Shown here: piece after piece, positions 1-13,227 of the stretch | How the letters are laid out: each line of letters opens with the position of its first letter | How positions within the stretch are numbered: the stretch's first letter is position 1 | Origin: Raillietiella orientalis | Taxonomy: Eukaryota | Length of the DNA: 64,000 nucleotides | Direction of reading: 5' to 3' | Assembly: GCA_036172245.1 (NCBI GenBank) | Contig: JAYWIR010000010.1 | Coordinates: 1,178,001 to 1,242,000 of the forward strand | Made by a program: the position numbers and the translations under genes | Notes under the pieces: generated by a model | Database searches by the model: none | What the model was told of the DNA's origin: nothing | Seen by the model: only the letters and a program-made list of their open reading frames with translations

Positions 1-601
1 TCGCAAGCCGAGCTCACCGCCAAGCGTCGATTGCAGTAACGACTGAAATGCCTCAGGAGGCTTTTGCTACAACAAGTTTGCTCCTCGGCCTCCCTTCGCG
101 TGCTCTCGCTGCTGATGATGTCATGAAGATCAGAATTTAACCTCTGCAGTTTGGCCTATCGTAGCTTTTGCGTCAGGTTTCACGGGCTGTTAAAGACATA
201 TGTCATGATCGCGTTTTTACCTCAACGCAAACCGTGCACGCCACAGCTGATGGTGTGAACATCGGAAGGGGGGGGGGAATGATTTATTCCCGGCGTTTGG
301 AAGGTGCTCCCATTTAACTGGTGACTCAGAAAAGGAATGGTAATTACAAGCAAACAACTTTCCTCGTGCACCTTGGGCTCGCGCGCGCTTCCGACCGATG
401 TGCCCACTCACCTTTCCTATGGCGCCGTTCTTATCGACAGAGTGGAAGTTCCCGTGTTCCCGTGGGCATCACAGAGATTTCTTGAGATTCCCGATCCCTC
501 CGTTGCAGTTCGAACGGCGCGCGCGCATCCTCGAAGCGCCACAACGAGCAGTCTCAGTTTCGGGGATTCGCTATCGAAGATGGCGAGCCCTCGCTTTCGT
601 G

Positions 602-624
602 GCTGCTGCTGCTGCTGCTGCTGC
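602..624. repeat. (GCT)n microsatellite
   Basis: gctgctgctgctgctgctgctgc seen directly; it produces the poly-Cys/poly-Ala runs in ORFs 337..714 and 398..781. Confidence 0.9.
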
Positions 625-899
625 AGGCATCAAGCATTCTTCCCGATCCGTGCCGTTTTCCAACCACCGGGATCCACGAAAGCATTTCGATTCCAGCCTG
701 AGACCTCCTGGTGATCTCGGTGGCAAACTCACATCGACAGTGCTTCCGGTAGCACGTCGCTATCCTCCCGTTTCGAATTGAAAAATCTAACTAAGGAATC
801 GTATTAACCTGCAATTACATATTGACGTTGCAAAGGTCAGAGAGCATCGGATCGTGGATTCGCGATTGCCTACATGAAAGCTCGAGTTTCCAACGTATT

Positions 900-2340
900 C
901 TGGAAAAATCCACCGACGCTCATGTCGTTTTAGAGAATTCGGGATCATGCCCGTTTGCAATGGATGCCCGGCATGAGTCCTCTCCTAACTCGGGTTCAGA
1001 TCAAACCAAGGAAATTTTCGTAGCTGTGTGCGTCGTGCGTATCTGTTGTGAGCAAAGTGCACTCGAGGTGCCAAGGAACACGTGGTCCACAGTCTGCTTG
1101 CATGTTGCAGTCGCCCCGATGAGGCTGTCGAACTTCGGGTCGTTGTTTCCTTTGGAAATTCTTTTGTACCACGCCGTCGGCATTCTGATGTTTACGGTAC
1201 CTGAAGCATCCTACCTGAAGCTTGCTCCAGGCACTCGGCCATCGCAGGCTGGCTCAAAGACCACCTGCTGCAAGCTGGAATGCACTCCGTTTGGGGGTAC
1301 ATCGTCTTCGGGAATCCACGGAACTTCCAGTTATGTCGATTGCGATCGGATGGTCGGAAATGCCGGTGACCCCAATGGGATTGTGGGGTTTCAAAATTCA
1401 GGCTTCCAGCGGTTGCAAGGAATGCATGGAGGTTGTTAGTGAGCATCAGATTGTGAGGCACTTATTTCCGAGTCTCATCCCACTGCGCTTCCGTTGCATT
1501 GTTTTTGGTGATCTGCGAAATCTGTGCAAGATGTATGGAGCGCTGATCGATGCTGGCATGGAAGTGTGAGCTCAGCTGGACGCAACCCACCCACTGGACC
1601 AGCCATTCAAGCATCAAAGAAAAAAACAAACCCTCGCTCTCTACGTCTTTCTATGGCGGCTCTCTGCGGTTGTTGCGCGCATGTGCTGTGATCGTTCGGA
1701 AGATGCCGTTTTCAGGTGCACCGTGAATCTGTGTGGGTTCATCTTCCTGAGCCAAAACAACAGTGCGGCCCTAAACGGCGCAGTCGTTCTCATCGGATGA
1801 GCAGACGGTTGCGTGAGATCACGTTGAGCTTTCCCCCAAAAACGACGTCGGTTGTTTGGTCACGGGTAGCGGATCACGCTAATCAGTTGATTTGCTCGCA
1901 TCCATCGGACGACTCGGTTCATACACCATTCACGGTCCAGCAAGCATCTTTACTTCATCCACTTATCGCACATCCACAGCTCAGCTCGAATGTTCCAATA
2001 ATTGATTGAAGAGCCACAGGTGAGATTCTGTTCGATCGCAGAAGAATGGCAGGGCTCGGACTGGAAGTTAATGCAGATGAGTGGGCAGGAAGCTGTTAAC
2101 AGATGAGGAATGTAGCTTTTAGAACGTCCCCAACTGAATTCAAATCATCACTGTATCTCAAGATGTTTTGTCGTTGTCTTCTGGCTCCGCATGAACACAG
2201 ATTTGTGTGTTTTCGCTGCAGTTCACTCGTTCAGGGCTGCTCAAACCAGTGGCATAATGGCTTTCTGGTGCTGTGCTGGAGCACAGACGGTGCTCATTCA
2301 GTGGGGGTTTCGATTGCTGCAAACTCCGAACAGCGATTCT
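900..2340 (-). mobile_element. Highly decayed non-LTR (LINE) reverse transcriptase remnant
   Basis: Minus-strand fragments in shifting frames resemble LINE RT motifs in the expected order: SVNSFL (~WIxSFL), RISPVALQSII (~LSPxLFxIF), EVKMLAGP*MVY (~LFADDTxLY), VRWMRANQL (~WxxxNxL). Many stops; weak. Confidence 0.3.
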
Positions 2341-3249
2341 CCCGAAACGTTCCATGCCGTTTGAATCCAGAAAATCCTTAAATAGTAAGTTTCAATTTAA
2401 ATTCAGGAACGCAGCATTTCAGGATGACATTCTCTCGCGCGCGCTCTTTCTTCTATCTCTTTTTTTTTTTCGATCCAGGAGCCCCAGCATCCACAATTGA
2501 AAACACACAGCAAGCTACTGCATGATGTTTTTCAGGAGCGATTCTCTCTCTGCTTAGTTTGAGCTTTCCAGATGGAATTCCAAGCACCATATCGGCTTTC
2601 CCTGGGTGAATGCAACAACCCTAGCAGGAAAGTTCGTACGACAACTGCATGCAGCGTAAGTAACGAAAATGCAGGCTCTTCACTCCAGGGGAACAGCCGT
2701 TCCCATGGCATTCAACGCTTCAAGTACAGGCGCGAATTCCTTCGTGCTTTTACATAAATAACACTGCAACTTTCGAGGTAAGTTTACATGGAAACCGAAC
2801 ACGAGAGTCTGGACCACCGTCCTCCTTAGACTTAGCAAGTTTAGACTTGGACAACGTGCTAAAAAAAAAGCACCAGTTCGAATCAACAGCACCGATGGAC
2901 TTCCAGGTTCCTTTCTCGGTCGTGCCATGGCATGTTTTAGTTCTTGGGGAATCTCCATGGAAATGACCGCAGGAGTTCGAACGGACGCAGAGAGTTCCCA
3001 AGATATTCCAGACGTCGGATTCTCCACATCGGCATTCGTGGTGCGAAGCCGCCCAACCACTGCTAATCTTCCAACTCGCGTGAAAGAAGTAGGTGAAAGC
3101 AGGCAGAAAGCACATCCGCAGGAGCCCACTCCGGCGAAACCGGAGCAGTCTCACGATGGAGGCCACTTCACACGCTCTCTCCGCACCGAAATGCCTGGTC
3201 GTAATAGACCAGGCCTGTGGCGAAATGCCGGACGCCTTCCGCTTCTCGC

Positions 3250-6200
3250 GCACCTCTCTTGCTGCATCCTTCTTGCTCGTCCTTTCGCGCGAGTTCGCAT
3301 TTGCGGAGCCCGTCTGCGCAACTATCTTCCTGTTGCGAGATCCTTTGTTCGAGAGCGCGCGGTCCACAAGAGGGTAAGGGAGTATGCGATCGATGCATCC
3401 CTTCAGCTTGTGAGCCACAGGGAAATCGAACGCCCCAGAAGCGATTTGCCTATAGACATTGCCACCCGTAACAAAAACCCGCTAACTGTCGTCCTCGTCC
3501 TACCATGCAGCGTAGGTCGAAATGAAACAAATACACCCCCACCCTGTCGACCGCAACACCTCACCCCAAAAAGGGCTCTTCGATTTAACCAACGCATCAT
3601 CGACAAGAGCAACTTTTCCCAGTCAGACGAGCGGTTTCAATAAGACGACCTTCTACGACACAGATCCACAAGACAAAACAGTGCACAGTCCACTGTCTCA
3701 AGGCTGAACACATAATATTGTGCGCTGGTGTGGTTCAACTTCTCGCACTTTCCACTGCGCCATCGTCCCACTCTTGGGTTCCCTTGCGCTCAGGTGTTAC
3801 CTTCCCACTCCTAGAGGATATATCGAAATGTCCAGGCTGGAAGTTTTCCGCGATTCTGGTTTCCAATTTCCCTCATTAGCAGTCTGTGAGCGATTTCCAT
3901 GGCTCTCACTGTTTTGCCTTGTTGGTGCTGCCATCTTATCGCGTTGCTGGCGAAGATGAACGCGATCGGTATCCGAACCGCATGGCCGCATAAGGAGACC
4001 ATTCCTTGCCCCACGGTAGGGCCACAACCCAAGATCTCCGTTCTTGTCTTCTGCGGCAGGTTTGTCAGCTCCTTGAGCACCCTCCGTTCCTGGATCAACG
4101 TTCGGCAGGTGCCATATAAAGTTGGATCTCTCTTTCTACCCATGCCTTGCAGAACTTGTCCCAAGGGCTCTCCGCACAGAGCTGAAGTCACAAACCCCTG
4201 TGATGGAACATCAGCACGTCGTCTTGAATGTCTGGGGGCAGTTCCAGCTTTCGAACCGCTGCTTCGCTGACTCTGCAGCCGGCGTGCAATGCCCGCTGCA
4301 AATGGGCGGACTCACTTGGAACCTCCTCGCCTGAGGCGCGTCTTGCGATTCCTCTTTGGGTTGGATACCACACCAGGCACCATTCAATTCCTCGACCCTA
4401 CCAGAGGTCTCTTGTCTTACGAGTCGCATTTTCCTCTGCTCTTTCGACACATTGGAACACACCGCATCTCTGGATGATGAATTCCACTCGATGCGAACCG
4501 CTCAGTTCAATTTAGTTCCGCTCTTTGGTGGATCCACGTTTGTTGCGTTGACCACAAAACGGGGATGAGGTAGGGAATCTTTAGGGTCGGTTCTTTTCCC
4601 GAAAACCCTTTATTTTCAAGCACCGCTAGCAGTCGGTTCGTGTTGAGCAGTTCCCGCCTCCTTGGACACGTGAGAAGATGTTCATCCGATGACCTGTCCT
4701 TGTCTCTTGTGAGAGCCACACCATCCTGGCTTGCTAGGAGCTGCCGATGCATCGCGTGTCCTGCTGGCTTTATCTCCGCGCCACCTTCTGTCGGAAGAGA
4801 CAGGTGTTTGAGCTTCTCCCTCTGTCTGTGGTCACTCCCTAGGAGACTCCGTTGAATCTTCAAAGCTGTTGCTTTACTTCCCTGTTTGACGGGTAGAATG
4901 GGTCTCTTCGGAAAGAATTTTGGGGAGAAAGATGTTTCTCCACGTGCTGGCCTTCAGACCTAGACGGCATTCGCTCGCTTCTTTGGTCTTCTTTGGATTT
5001 CTTCCCGCTGAATTTCGGGTGCCGAGGCTTCTCGAATGGGAATCTCCGGACACGCGATTGCATACATCACTCGAAATCCCTCGTCGTGAAGGAGCCGCTT
5101 CCGGGATTTACGATGAGCAGGAGTTTGGACTCCTGAGGATCGATTGCTCCCAAGCCCAATTTACTTTGGAATATTCCCAGAAAACTATCGACACGCGCCC
5201 CCACCCCATACTCCAAAAAATTAAAACCATGAGCTCTAACGTCCAGCGTCATTCAACTCAGATCCCCAGCATCCGTTGCCATAAGCACGGCTCACCGAAA
5301 CAGGTCATCCGCTCACACGTGCGAAGCATCACTAAGAGCAGCATTCCATATTCACCCCACTTCCTCCTCCCCGCCTACTTCCTCCACTTGCTCCAAACTG
5401 TGTCCACACTAGATGGACATCCACAGTTACATCACCCTTCTCACCCTGCTCTTGCACCAGCAATGCTGTGCAACCTGCGTCCCTGACTCCGTCGCCTTGC
5501 GTGCTCGCCAGGACACGGTTGCGACGTACAAGGTCTGCACGCGTGAAGTACGGGAGGATTCCTTCCCCGGGAATCGGTAGGTTCCCGCGACGGGGCCCGT
5601 CCCCCTTCCTGCTTCTCGTCTTCCCTCCTTCGGGAATAGCTCTAGATGGTTCAGAGTCCATCCCAGCTTCCCGCTGGTTCCTCGCGCTCGTTGACGGCAG
5701 CAAGGATCGCCGCATCGTCGAACACGCAGTGCTCCCGCCATCCTCTTCCTGTGGCAGTTACCACCTTCATCAGGGAATTCTCCAGCTTCGCGAGGTTCTT
5801 GGAACTCACCTCGCTGTCGAAATTCCTGGAACATCCTCCAGCTCGTTCCCAGCTTGCAAAATCCCCGTAAGCATCACATCGGTGACCTCGCGTGGGGTTC
5901 CATCGACTCGTGGGATCGGGGGCTCCTGGACCGCCATCAGGACTCTCGCGAACGCCGACCAGGTGGCCCCTCCCTCGGAAGAAATACCAAGATCCGTCAG
6001 CTTGTCAAGAGGACTGGGGGGTGCGGCAGTGGCATTTCATGATGACCTCATGGGAGGCGCCGATGCTGCAGTGAGCTTGAAGCGATCGAGGGCGATGCTG
6101 CATCCTCTCGGGTTGGGAAAAATGGAGCTGCCCTTCCTCCTTCTGGGAAGATCCTCCATCGCGTACCATGGGGCTGGTTGGTTCCTTCCTCGGGGGATCG

Positions 6201-6550
6201 CCTCTCTAGAGTGTCCAAGAAGTGCACTGCTCCCTTCGGGGAGCGCCCCTCTGAGAAATCAGGAAGCATCCCTCCGGGGTTCTCTTCAGGAAAGGAAGAA
6301 ACAAGGAGCGGTTTCCTTGCAGATTCCCTCTGGAGAAATGAAGTTCCAGTAGCGGATCCTTCCGGGGGTCCTTTCTGAGGAGAAATGAAGAGCATCCCCC
6401 TCTGAAGGTCCCTCAGGAGAGAATGAGGAAGCGATTCCCTGCGGGGTTCCTTTCGAAGACAACCAGGGCGAGATTCCTTCCTCCGGAACCTTCCTGGATT
6501 CAAAAAATAGTCCCTCAGGGTTCCCTATAAATCGAAGAGCAACACGCATG
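3250..6550 (-). mobile_element. Decayed DIRS-like (tyrosine recombinase) retrotransposon: gag-like repeat region, RT start, YR
   Basis: In order on minus: Ser/Pro/Gly/Glu-rich repetitive region (6160-6530); VGARVDSFLGIF (ORF 5067..5252, ~VGGRLxxFxxxW at DIRS RT start); WDKFCKAW (~4135-4165, ~WxxFxxWC); LPAWTFRYIL (end of ORF 3811..4191, ~PPWDLxxVL); TVSGFLLRV...AHKLKG (~TISxWL...AHxxR). Frameshifted throughout. Confidence 0.55.
6160..6530. repeat. Copy of GC-rich interspersed repeat family with internal ~40-bp imperfect tandem units
   Basis: Units such as gcggatccttccgggggtcctttctgaggagaaatgaaga / gcgattccctgcggggttcctttcgaagacaaccagg. Homologous to 13720-14340, 18680-18815, 27090-27380, 59400-59732 and 63530-64000. 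Confidence 0.8.
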
Positions 6551-6599
6551 GGTGGCGTGGATGGTGTTCCTGAGCTCCGTACGTCCCTACCGAGAAGGC

Positions 6600-7200
6600 G
6601 AACGGTTCTTCAGCACTCTTTGAGAACCGGGAAAAAAAAAAAAAAGGCTGGAAGGAAAGCAGCGAAAACAGAAGAACCCCAGAGGGATTCTATCATTCCA
6701 GGTCCCTCAGGTGGAAGGAGTTGGCGTTGCTGGTGGTGCATGGGAAAATCCCATGAAAAGCGTGCCTTCGCCACACGAAGGGGGAGAGTAGCGTGGACAC
6801 TCAGAGTGCGGCAGGTGTGGGAAGAAGGAGACCTTCCCGCACCTGCTTTTGGACTATGCTGCCCTCCGAAGCCTTCGGGATCGCCTCGCAAAGACCTTAG
6901 GCAGCCCCAGGGACATTTTCAAACGTCTCTTTGCGCGTGCCTCTCTGTTGCCAGCCGCATCCCTCGCAGCGCCTTCCTCCTGTCTCCGTGGAATCGTGTC
7001 AGCCTGGAACAAGGGAATAAGAGTCCAAAATGGCAGGGACGCCATCCACTGGGCGCGAATCTTCTTGAGGACCGCCTCGAGATTGCTCCACCTGAGCACT
7101 ATCCGGACAGAACTTGCCAGTATCCTGAACAGGATGCAGAGGACTCCTGGCAGCGTGCCGTAACCCCTTCCTCGCTCGCTTCCCCCTTCCCCGTGTATGA
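6600..7200 (-). mobile_element. DIRS fragment: methyltransferase-like domain and start of YR
   Basis: SNLEAVLKKIRAQWMASLPFW in ORF 6854..7339 resembles the DIRS MT-domain motif LIxxVLxKIRxxxxxxILxAPxW. Confidence 0.35.
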
Positions 7201-7342
7201 TATACCCTCCCCTGTTTTGTTTATTTATTTTTTTCTGTTTTGTTTTCCCTTCACCCACGCTGCCGAAGCGGGCCTTGCTGGTCTGAGTACGGGTCCTCGG
7301 CAGGTTTATTGTGCGTGGTAGAACCAACGGTCCTACCACAGA

Positions 7343-8110
7343 AAGTGAATTATTATTTTATGTAATAAATGCCCCGGCATAACATGGTGATGATCATCAG
7401 TTCTTGAGAGACAACGGTCGTCTGCTACTCCAGAGGATGGGCGAGCCGGAATCTCTGATGAACCACCTACCGGTGTCCCTCTTTCTAGTGGGGTCTCTTT
7501 TCCGACTTGGCTTCTGTCCTCGAAGGCGCACTTTCTAAGTGGTTGTCTCACTTCCCGGAGACACCTTGTCCTGCCGGCTTATGACTTTAATAATTCATAA
7601 CACCAATGTATTTTTATTGCTTTATGTAATAAATGCCCCCGGTATAACCGGGGGATGATCATCGCCCCAGGTCTGAACTGCTTGTTTTTCTCTTTCTCAT
7701 CTGGCGCTACTCGATTCGGTTCGAACCGCGATCGATCTGAAACAGTAGGCGAATCCGCAACCTGACCAAACGACCAGTGGCAATCCGGACGCCACTGTGC
7801 GCCCAAGAGATTTGCAGTTTCGTTGAGGCGCATTTCCACGCCTGGAGGAGAGCATCCCAGAATCGGAAATTCTACCGCACAAGGCGACATCAGTTCCTCG
7901 TGGATCCACGTGCTGAGCCCAGCCACTTGGGCGGAGACGGGACGTCGAAGACAGAGAACCAGGAAGAGAGCAAGATAGATGACCTCCAGATGACCCTCCA
8001 GTGTTCTCCAGTTTCCCGAATAGCAAACCGTGCAAGAGCCCAACAGCCTTCTTCCATAGCCCTTCCAACAGCAAGGACATTCGTTCTCAGCAACTCCGAA
8101 TAAGGAGCAG
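7343..8110 (-). mobile_element. 3' end of a DIRS-like element: YR C-terminus followed by putative ICR and right terminal repeat
   Basis: ORF 7579..8163: ECPCCWKGY (~LCPVRALxxY), LFLVLCLRRPVSAQVAGLSTWIHEEL (~LF...RPVSxxxxSxWIxExI), ANLLGAQWR (~ILxAxxWR). Downstream is a ~43-bp direct repeat pair at 7357-7398 and 7621-7663. Confidence 0.6.
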
Positions 8111-9807
8111 ACTTTTCTCTGGGAGCAAGGAGGGGGCGAGCTGTGGGAGATGCTGGGCGGCAACCAAGGGATGCACGGCGTGGGGTCGTCTCTGCGACCT
8201 CTGAGGTCTCAGAGAGAACCATCACATTGCTACTCTGCGGAAAGTGCAGCAGCGTGGAGGAACTTTCCTTAGAGTCTTCAAAGGATGCTCCGGGAAGCGT
8301 AACCCATGGACCAGGGAATTTCACGCCATCTCCTTTGTCCGAATGTCTTTTCCGCTCTTCCTCCGCTCGAGTCGGGACGGGAGCCTCTGCTCGAGGCTTC
8401 CATCCTACGAGGTCTTCTTCACCCTACCTAGTATGCCCGACCTGTCCCTCTAGTGAGTCTTCCGGAAGTGGCTCATACGGGAGTGCAGGTCACCTTCATT
8501 TCCTGACGTGGCCCGCTCATGCCTCAGAGTCCTTTGGTCCCCTCGAGACTCTGTCGCTTCCCGGAACTTGTGCTCGTGGGTGTCCCGCCAAGATGGTTCT
8601 GCTAGCATTCCCTTGTCAAAGAAGTGGAATCTCCTGGATCTACTGTTTTCCTCACTCCCCCCTCCTCCCTAGACCTTCAACAAAAAAGATTTGTAGGGGC
8701 GGAGACGACGCACGCTGTCGCAACCGCACCCTCCTCACGCCGGAGCGCCAGACCCGGTTGCGGTTTGGATGCAGCTCGGTGCCTCCCGCGTACCCCCCCC
8801 CCCCCGATCCGGTCCACCTTGACTCTCCACTAGCTCCGGATACAGTGGTTCAGAATGTGGTTGAGGGATTCTTCGCCTGCCGCGCGCCTCCTGAGCATTC
8901 CCGCTCGCGCGGGCGTTGGACGGAGTAGTCGTGCCACATTCCCATCTGGGGAGTCTCCCAGCTTCGGCCAACGAAGAGGAAGCACGTGTTGATCCGCCCA
9001 CAGTCTTGTCCTTCTGGTGCCTCTTCATCAAAGAGAGGCTGAGCTCCTCCTGACCTGGAACGCACTGGAGCTGACCTTCTTCCTTCCTCGAGCTCGCCCG
9101 TCCGAAGCTAAGCTCCGAGGATCAGGATCTTCCTCCGAGGATCTTTCCTACCGGAGGGAGAGGCAGGAGGGACGAATGGACCCCCCTTCATCTCCTCCCT
9201 GCCTCCTGGAGGCTCCTTTCCCTCCGTCGTGAAGATCTTCCGACATCCCCTCCGGGTCGGCCGAGCCTCCCTTTGGCAGACGGAACCCCGCATCGCGCAG
9301 GCGGGGGCTCTGCGCTCAGTCTGTCCTCCGTTACCATATCCCGTAGCTCTTTTCGAAAGAACCCCTAAAGTGACGGATGCTGCGAGTGCAGCAGCTCGAA
9401 AGAACCGACCGTCTCCAGGTGGAGGCGGAGGCGCTCTCTCGCGTAGCAGCACCTATGCGTTCGTTTGGCGTAGTGCTGCTTGGATTCAGCCACCTCTTCG
9501 GGAGTTCTTGCACTGTGATCCAGAAACGTCCGATCCGCTCTTTGAACGTCCCCAGCCGCTGGTGGTGTACCAGGATATGAAACAAGGAGACTCTCCTGGC
9601 ATCAGGTTTTGCGCCATGGAAACGGTGAACCGTTCACCGCTTCGTTCCCCTCTGCAGGCAAGGTTTTTTGCCCGATGGGCCCCCAACGGGGAACGAGACC
9701 GGGTCAGATGATTTCCCCGGACACGCGTCGCAAATCTCAGATTCCGTGCGCGGCAGCTGCCCGAGGGCCGAGGAGCCGTACTCTGATTTGGAGAGCAGTT
9801 TCTCTGA

Positions 9808-10158
9808 CTATATATATAATGTGGTTGTATGTATGTACATACACATACATATATGTGTGTTTGTGTGTGTACAGTACAGCATATATATACGCACGCGCAC
9901 ACGCACACATGCGCATGCATAAATACATATATATGTACAGTTCGCACCGTTTCCCCTTACCTGTTGGGCTACATCGTCGTTAGAGGAAAGCTATATGAAG
10001 ATCTATGTATACACATGAAAGGCGTGTGTGTTTGTGTGTGTGTAGTGCAAAAGACCAAAAGAGGAAGCAAATTAAAAACAAAGAAATGAAAATGTGACAC
10101 GTGGGAACTTAAAGGATACATGATAAGCACATATACGTATTTTTTATAATATTCCATA

Positions 10159-10190
<32 letters not shown>

Positions 10191-10390
10191 ATCAGCAACT
10201 TATTAATTCTATTGATAAAATGTATGCTAAGAAATCTTAATAAATATATCTGCTCCAATAATAGTACTGTTAATAATATGTGCGTTGATAAATATGAACC
10301 GCTATCTGTATTAAAATGAATTTGTGCATTAATCTATGTAGAATAATCCTTCGTATTTCATGATCTTTAGGGATTTTGAACCGCACCCCT
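9808..10390. mobile_element. AT-rich foldback/MITE-like family, copy A (one clear arm) with (TA)n/(CA)n microsatellites
   Basis: Reverse complement of 10190-10390 (aggggtgcggttcaaaatccctaaagatcatg...tctacatagattaatgcacaaatt...ttggagcagatatatttattaagatt) aligns by eye with 19838-20040. Confidence 0.7.
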
Positions 10391-10399
10391 CTGGAGGCA

Positions 10400-11950
10400 A
10401 CCTATTCGCACCAGCTCGTCCTGCACAGGCTGAAGTCTGAAACCGTTTGCTGTCAGAGACCGGCTTGAAAACTTGAACTGTCCCAGCAGCAAGAGATTTA
10501 TTTATTCCTCCTCCTCTCGTGTGACGAGGTGTTCAGAGGAACATCCTGCTGGTTGTGAAGGCCGATGGAATTTACAGCTACTCTTTTCCGATTCCTTTGT
10601 AGCCCTCGAGACTTGGAGACCACGTCTTCACCTACTCACTGCTCACTGAAGTTGGGGATGTAAGTTCACTCGCGGATTCCTTTGAGCCAAAGCCGCAACA
10701 CCCACAGTTTGACCTTCCCCTCGCTCTTGCAACACTTGGAGACAGAGTTTCAGCCGCTGCCCAGGTCTTCCTAGACAAGCTTCAAGCCGGAAAACCCTTG
10801 AAGACTTCCGACGAACTCGGGAAAAATCTTTTGATGCTGCTGTGGCGTTGCCAGAATCCGTCCTCAAATTCGATCGAGCCCGGAAACCTACTTCCCCGTC
10901 GGCTCTTGTTCTCGAAGAATTCAAGTGGAGGAACATCCCACTGGAGCATGCACCTTCATTTCGGGACCGTCTCCAGCGGCAATGGTTCCCGCCGTCGCTC
11001 TTCTTGGGACCCAATCTTCCAAATCGCCCACCTTCCTGAGTCAGGAACGCGTTTCAACGGCAGCCGGGTAGGAGCTCACGGCAGAAGGAACGCTGCCGTG
11101 AGCTCCCAGAAACCCCAGCATTCACGTCCCAAAAGTCCAAAAGCCCCAGCATCACGTGAACCAGTGCTTCGAAATGCCGCCGCGAAATGGTATGGCGACA
11201 TGATGGTCGCGTTGCTTGAATTTCAGAGGGTTTGCACCCTCTCTCCCCTTAAGCGAGCTTTCGTAGAGTTCATCCCTTTCGATAGTGTTTGAGATCATCT
11301 ATCGGCGTGTAATTTTTTTCTCGGCGAGGACTCCGACAGTCGGAGTGTCCTCGCAGAGAGAACTTTGGAAACGCTCCCGAGAGTGCCGATTTACCCCAGG
11401 GAGAGCGGAAGGTGGCCTACGGGCCGCACTTTGGAAACTGCGACCTCGAAAGTCAGGCTTCTCTCCCAAAGGAAACCCTTTCCTCGCCTTGTTATTAGCA
11501 TCGTGACCCGTATCTCTAGTATATCTGTCAACCTTAATCTCGCGCTGGAGCTGCGTGATTACAATATGGCAGGTGACGTGGAATCGACACCGCTAATTTC
11601 AACCGGACAAAGGAAACAGGAAAAATCACACAGAGTGAGCACCCCGCAGCATTGAGCTGAAGACCACTGATCCCATGACCAGCACGAGAGGATAATGGCA
11701 CGCACTCGTGTGCTCCCAATGAGCTAACAGGATTTGATCATGGATCTCATTTCTCTAGCACGCGAACGATCGCACGAGGCATTGGGTCCGACACTGATGG
11801 GACTTCCATGCGCAGAGGCGCTCTTTGGGCCATCTATTGCGCGATGTGTGAATACATCTCATCTCCGACTGGCGACGCCCCGCATTGTCTGCAGCACTTG
11901 CAGCGTGCATGGCAAAAGCCCCTGCAACCGCTCTCAGCTTCCCAATGCCT
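10400..11950 (+). mobile_element. Decayed DIRS-like fragment (MT-like domain and YR)
   Basis: QWFPPSLFL (ORF 10842..11039, ~YAFPPxxLI); LLSQRKPF/LALLLAS..RISSI (~11457-11525, ~LSxKTxFLLALASxRRVSEL); IMDLISLARE and SMRRGALWA (~11737-11832, ~HSxRxxAxSWA). Confidence 0.5.
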
Positions 11951-12723
11951 CGTCCCTGGAGGAAAAACTCAGTCTAAGACGCAGTCTCTCGCTCTCATCC
12001 TCCCCGACATCCCGAAAGCGAACGAACTGCAGGGAAGAATCCACCGGTCTCAGGCGCGGAGTTACGGAAGACTCGAGCCGGAAGCTAAAGAAAGCCAACG
12101 GCAAAGCAGGAGCTCATTTTCCGAAGACAGTGCCACCCACGTGCCCTGTCACCGACGCTGACTGAAACTGGGACCACGAGATGGGCCAAGGAGGCAGAGG
12201 AGTGCCACTGGCGGTTCTCCTCTGAGAGCCGCGCTGGGGCAGCCGTACTGCAGCCCATTTCGTCAAGCATTCCACGATCTACTTCGTGCCTTTTCTGGAG
12301 CAAATCTTTTGGTGACGGGAGCGAGGCTGGAAACCATGGCACCGGAGCATGCTCTCATTTCCAAAGAGCGTCTGACCGTGCGTAGTTCCTTGCTGGTGCT
12401 GAACACACCGCGCAGTCCCGAAGGCCGTCGCTCGGTGGTGGGAAATTTTCCCCCGAATCTCACCCGGATCCTGTTTGCTCCGCGTGGCAAGGAAGGAGTC
12501 CTCGTCCGAGCACAGCAGCGCCCAGCCTGCAGACCTAAGCCCCTGCGGCCCAAGTCTGCGAACTTTGCTCGTCCGTCGAAAGGCGAATTGCGCTGGGAGC
12601 GATTTCCGTCGAGTCCACCGTCATGCCCCGCGAGGATCCGCCAAGATGCCTCCAGGCACTACGCGGGCAAGTCGTCAAAGCCGTGGTTGCCGCTAACCCG
12701 GCGGTGGCGACGAAACTCCCGAA

Positions 12724-13227
12724 TGCCGAAATCTCGAAAAATCCCAAAAAATAAATATCGATGTTTATGATATGCATGAATATGTTTATTTACATATCGA
12801 TTGATACATATCATGAAGATCATAAGGAATATATGTGCTTCTTACGTAAATTAATGCGCAAATTTATTTTCACATACATATTCGTTAATATGCATACTTT
12901 GAATACAATTAATAATAATACGTATTAATTGGTATATTAAAGATCAAAAAAATAAATCTACATCTATATATGCGATAAATGTACAAATTAAAATGAATGC
13001 ATTAACAACGAATTACAAAAAATAAAAAACAGTAGTGGCAATTAAAAACAGTGAAGAAAAAATAAAAGATCCCGGGCTCTGCAAACTCAGCGTCGTGGCA
13101 TACCTAGGAGTCCTAGGGAGCGTTGGGGGGGAAGAAGGTTATGTTTACTCCAGTGGGTACATATCATTTCAACATATGTATACATTTGATGTGATCTTTC
13201 GAGATCCGCGCGTTCGGGATTTCGAAG
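12724..13227. mobile_element. AT-rich foldback/MITE-like family, copy B
   Basis: Begins cgaaatctcgaaaaatcccaaaaaataaat and ends gggatttcgaagc (inverted terminal motif). Internal repeats of the arm: aagatcataaggaa...ttaatgcgcaaatttatt and aagatcaaaaaaataaat...atgtacaaatt. Confidence 0.55.

Noticed and set aside
337..781. Poly-Cys / poly-Ala ORFs
   Set aside because: Produced by a (GCT)n microsatellite; the rest of the peptides is featureless.
6160..6530. CRISPR-like regularly spaced hairpin units
   Set aside because: Units are degenerate and contiguous without unique spacers, there are no cas genes, and the context is eukaryotic.
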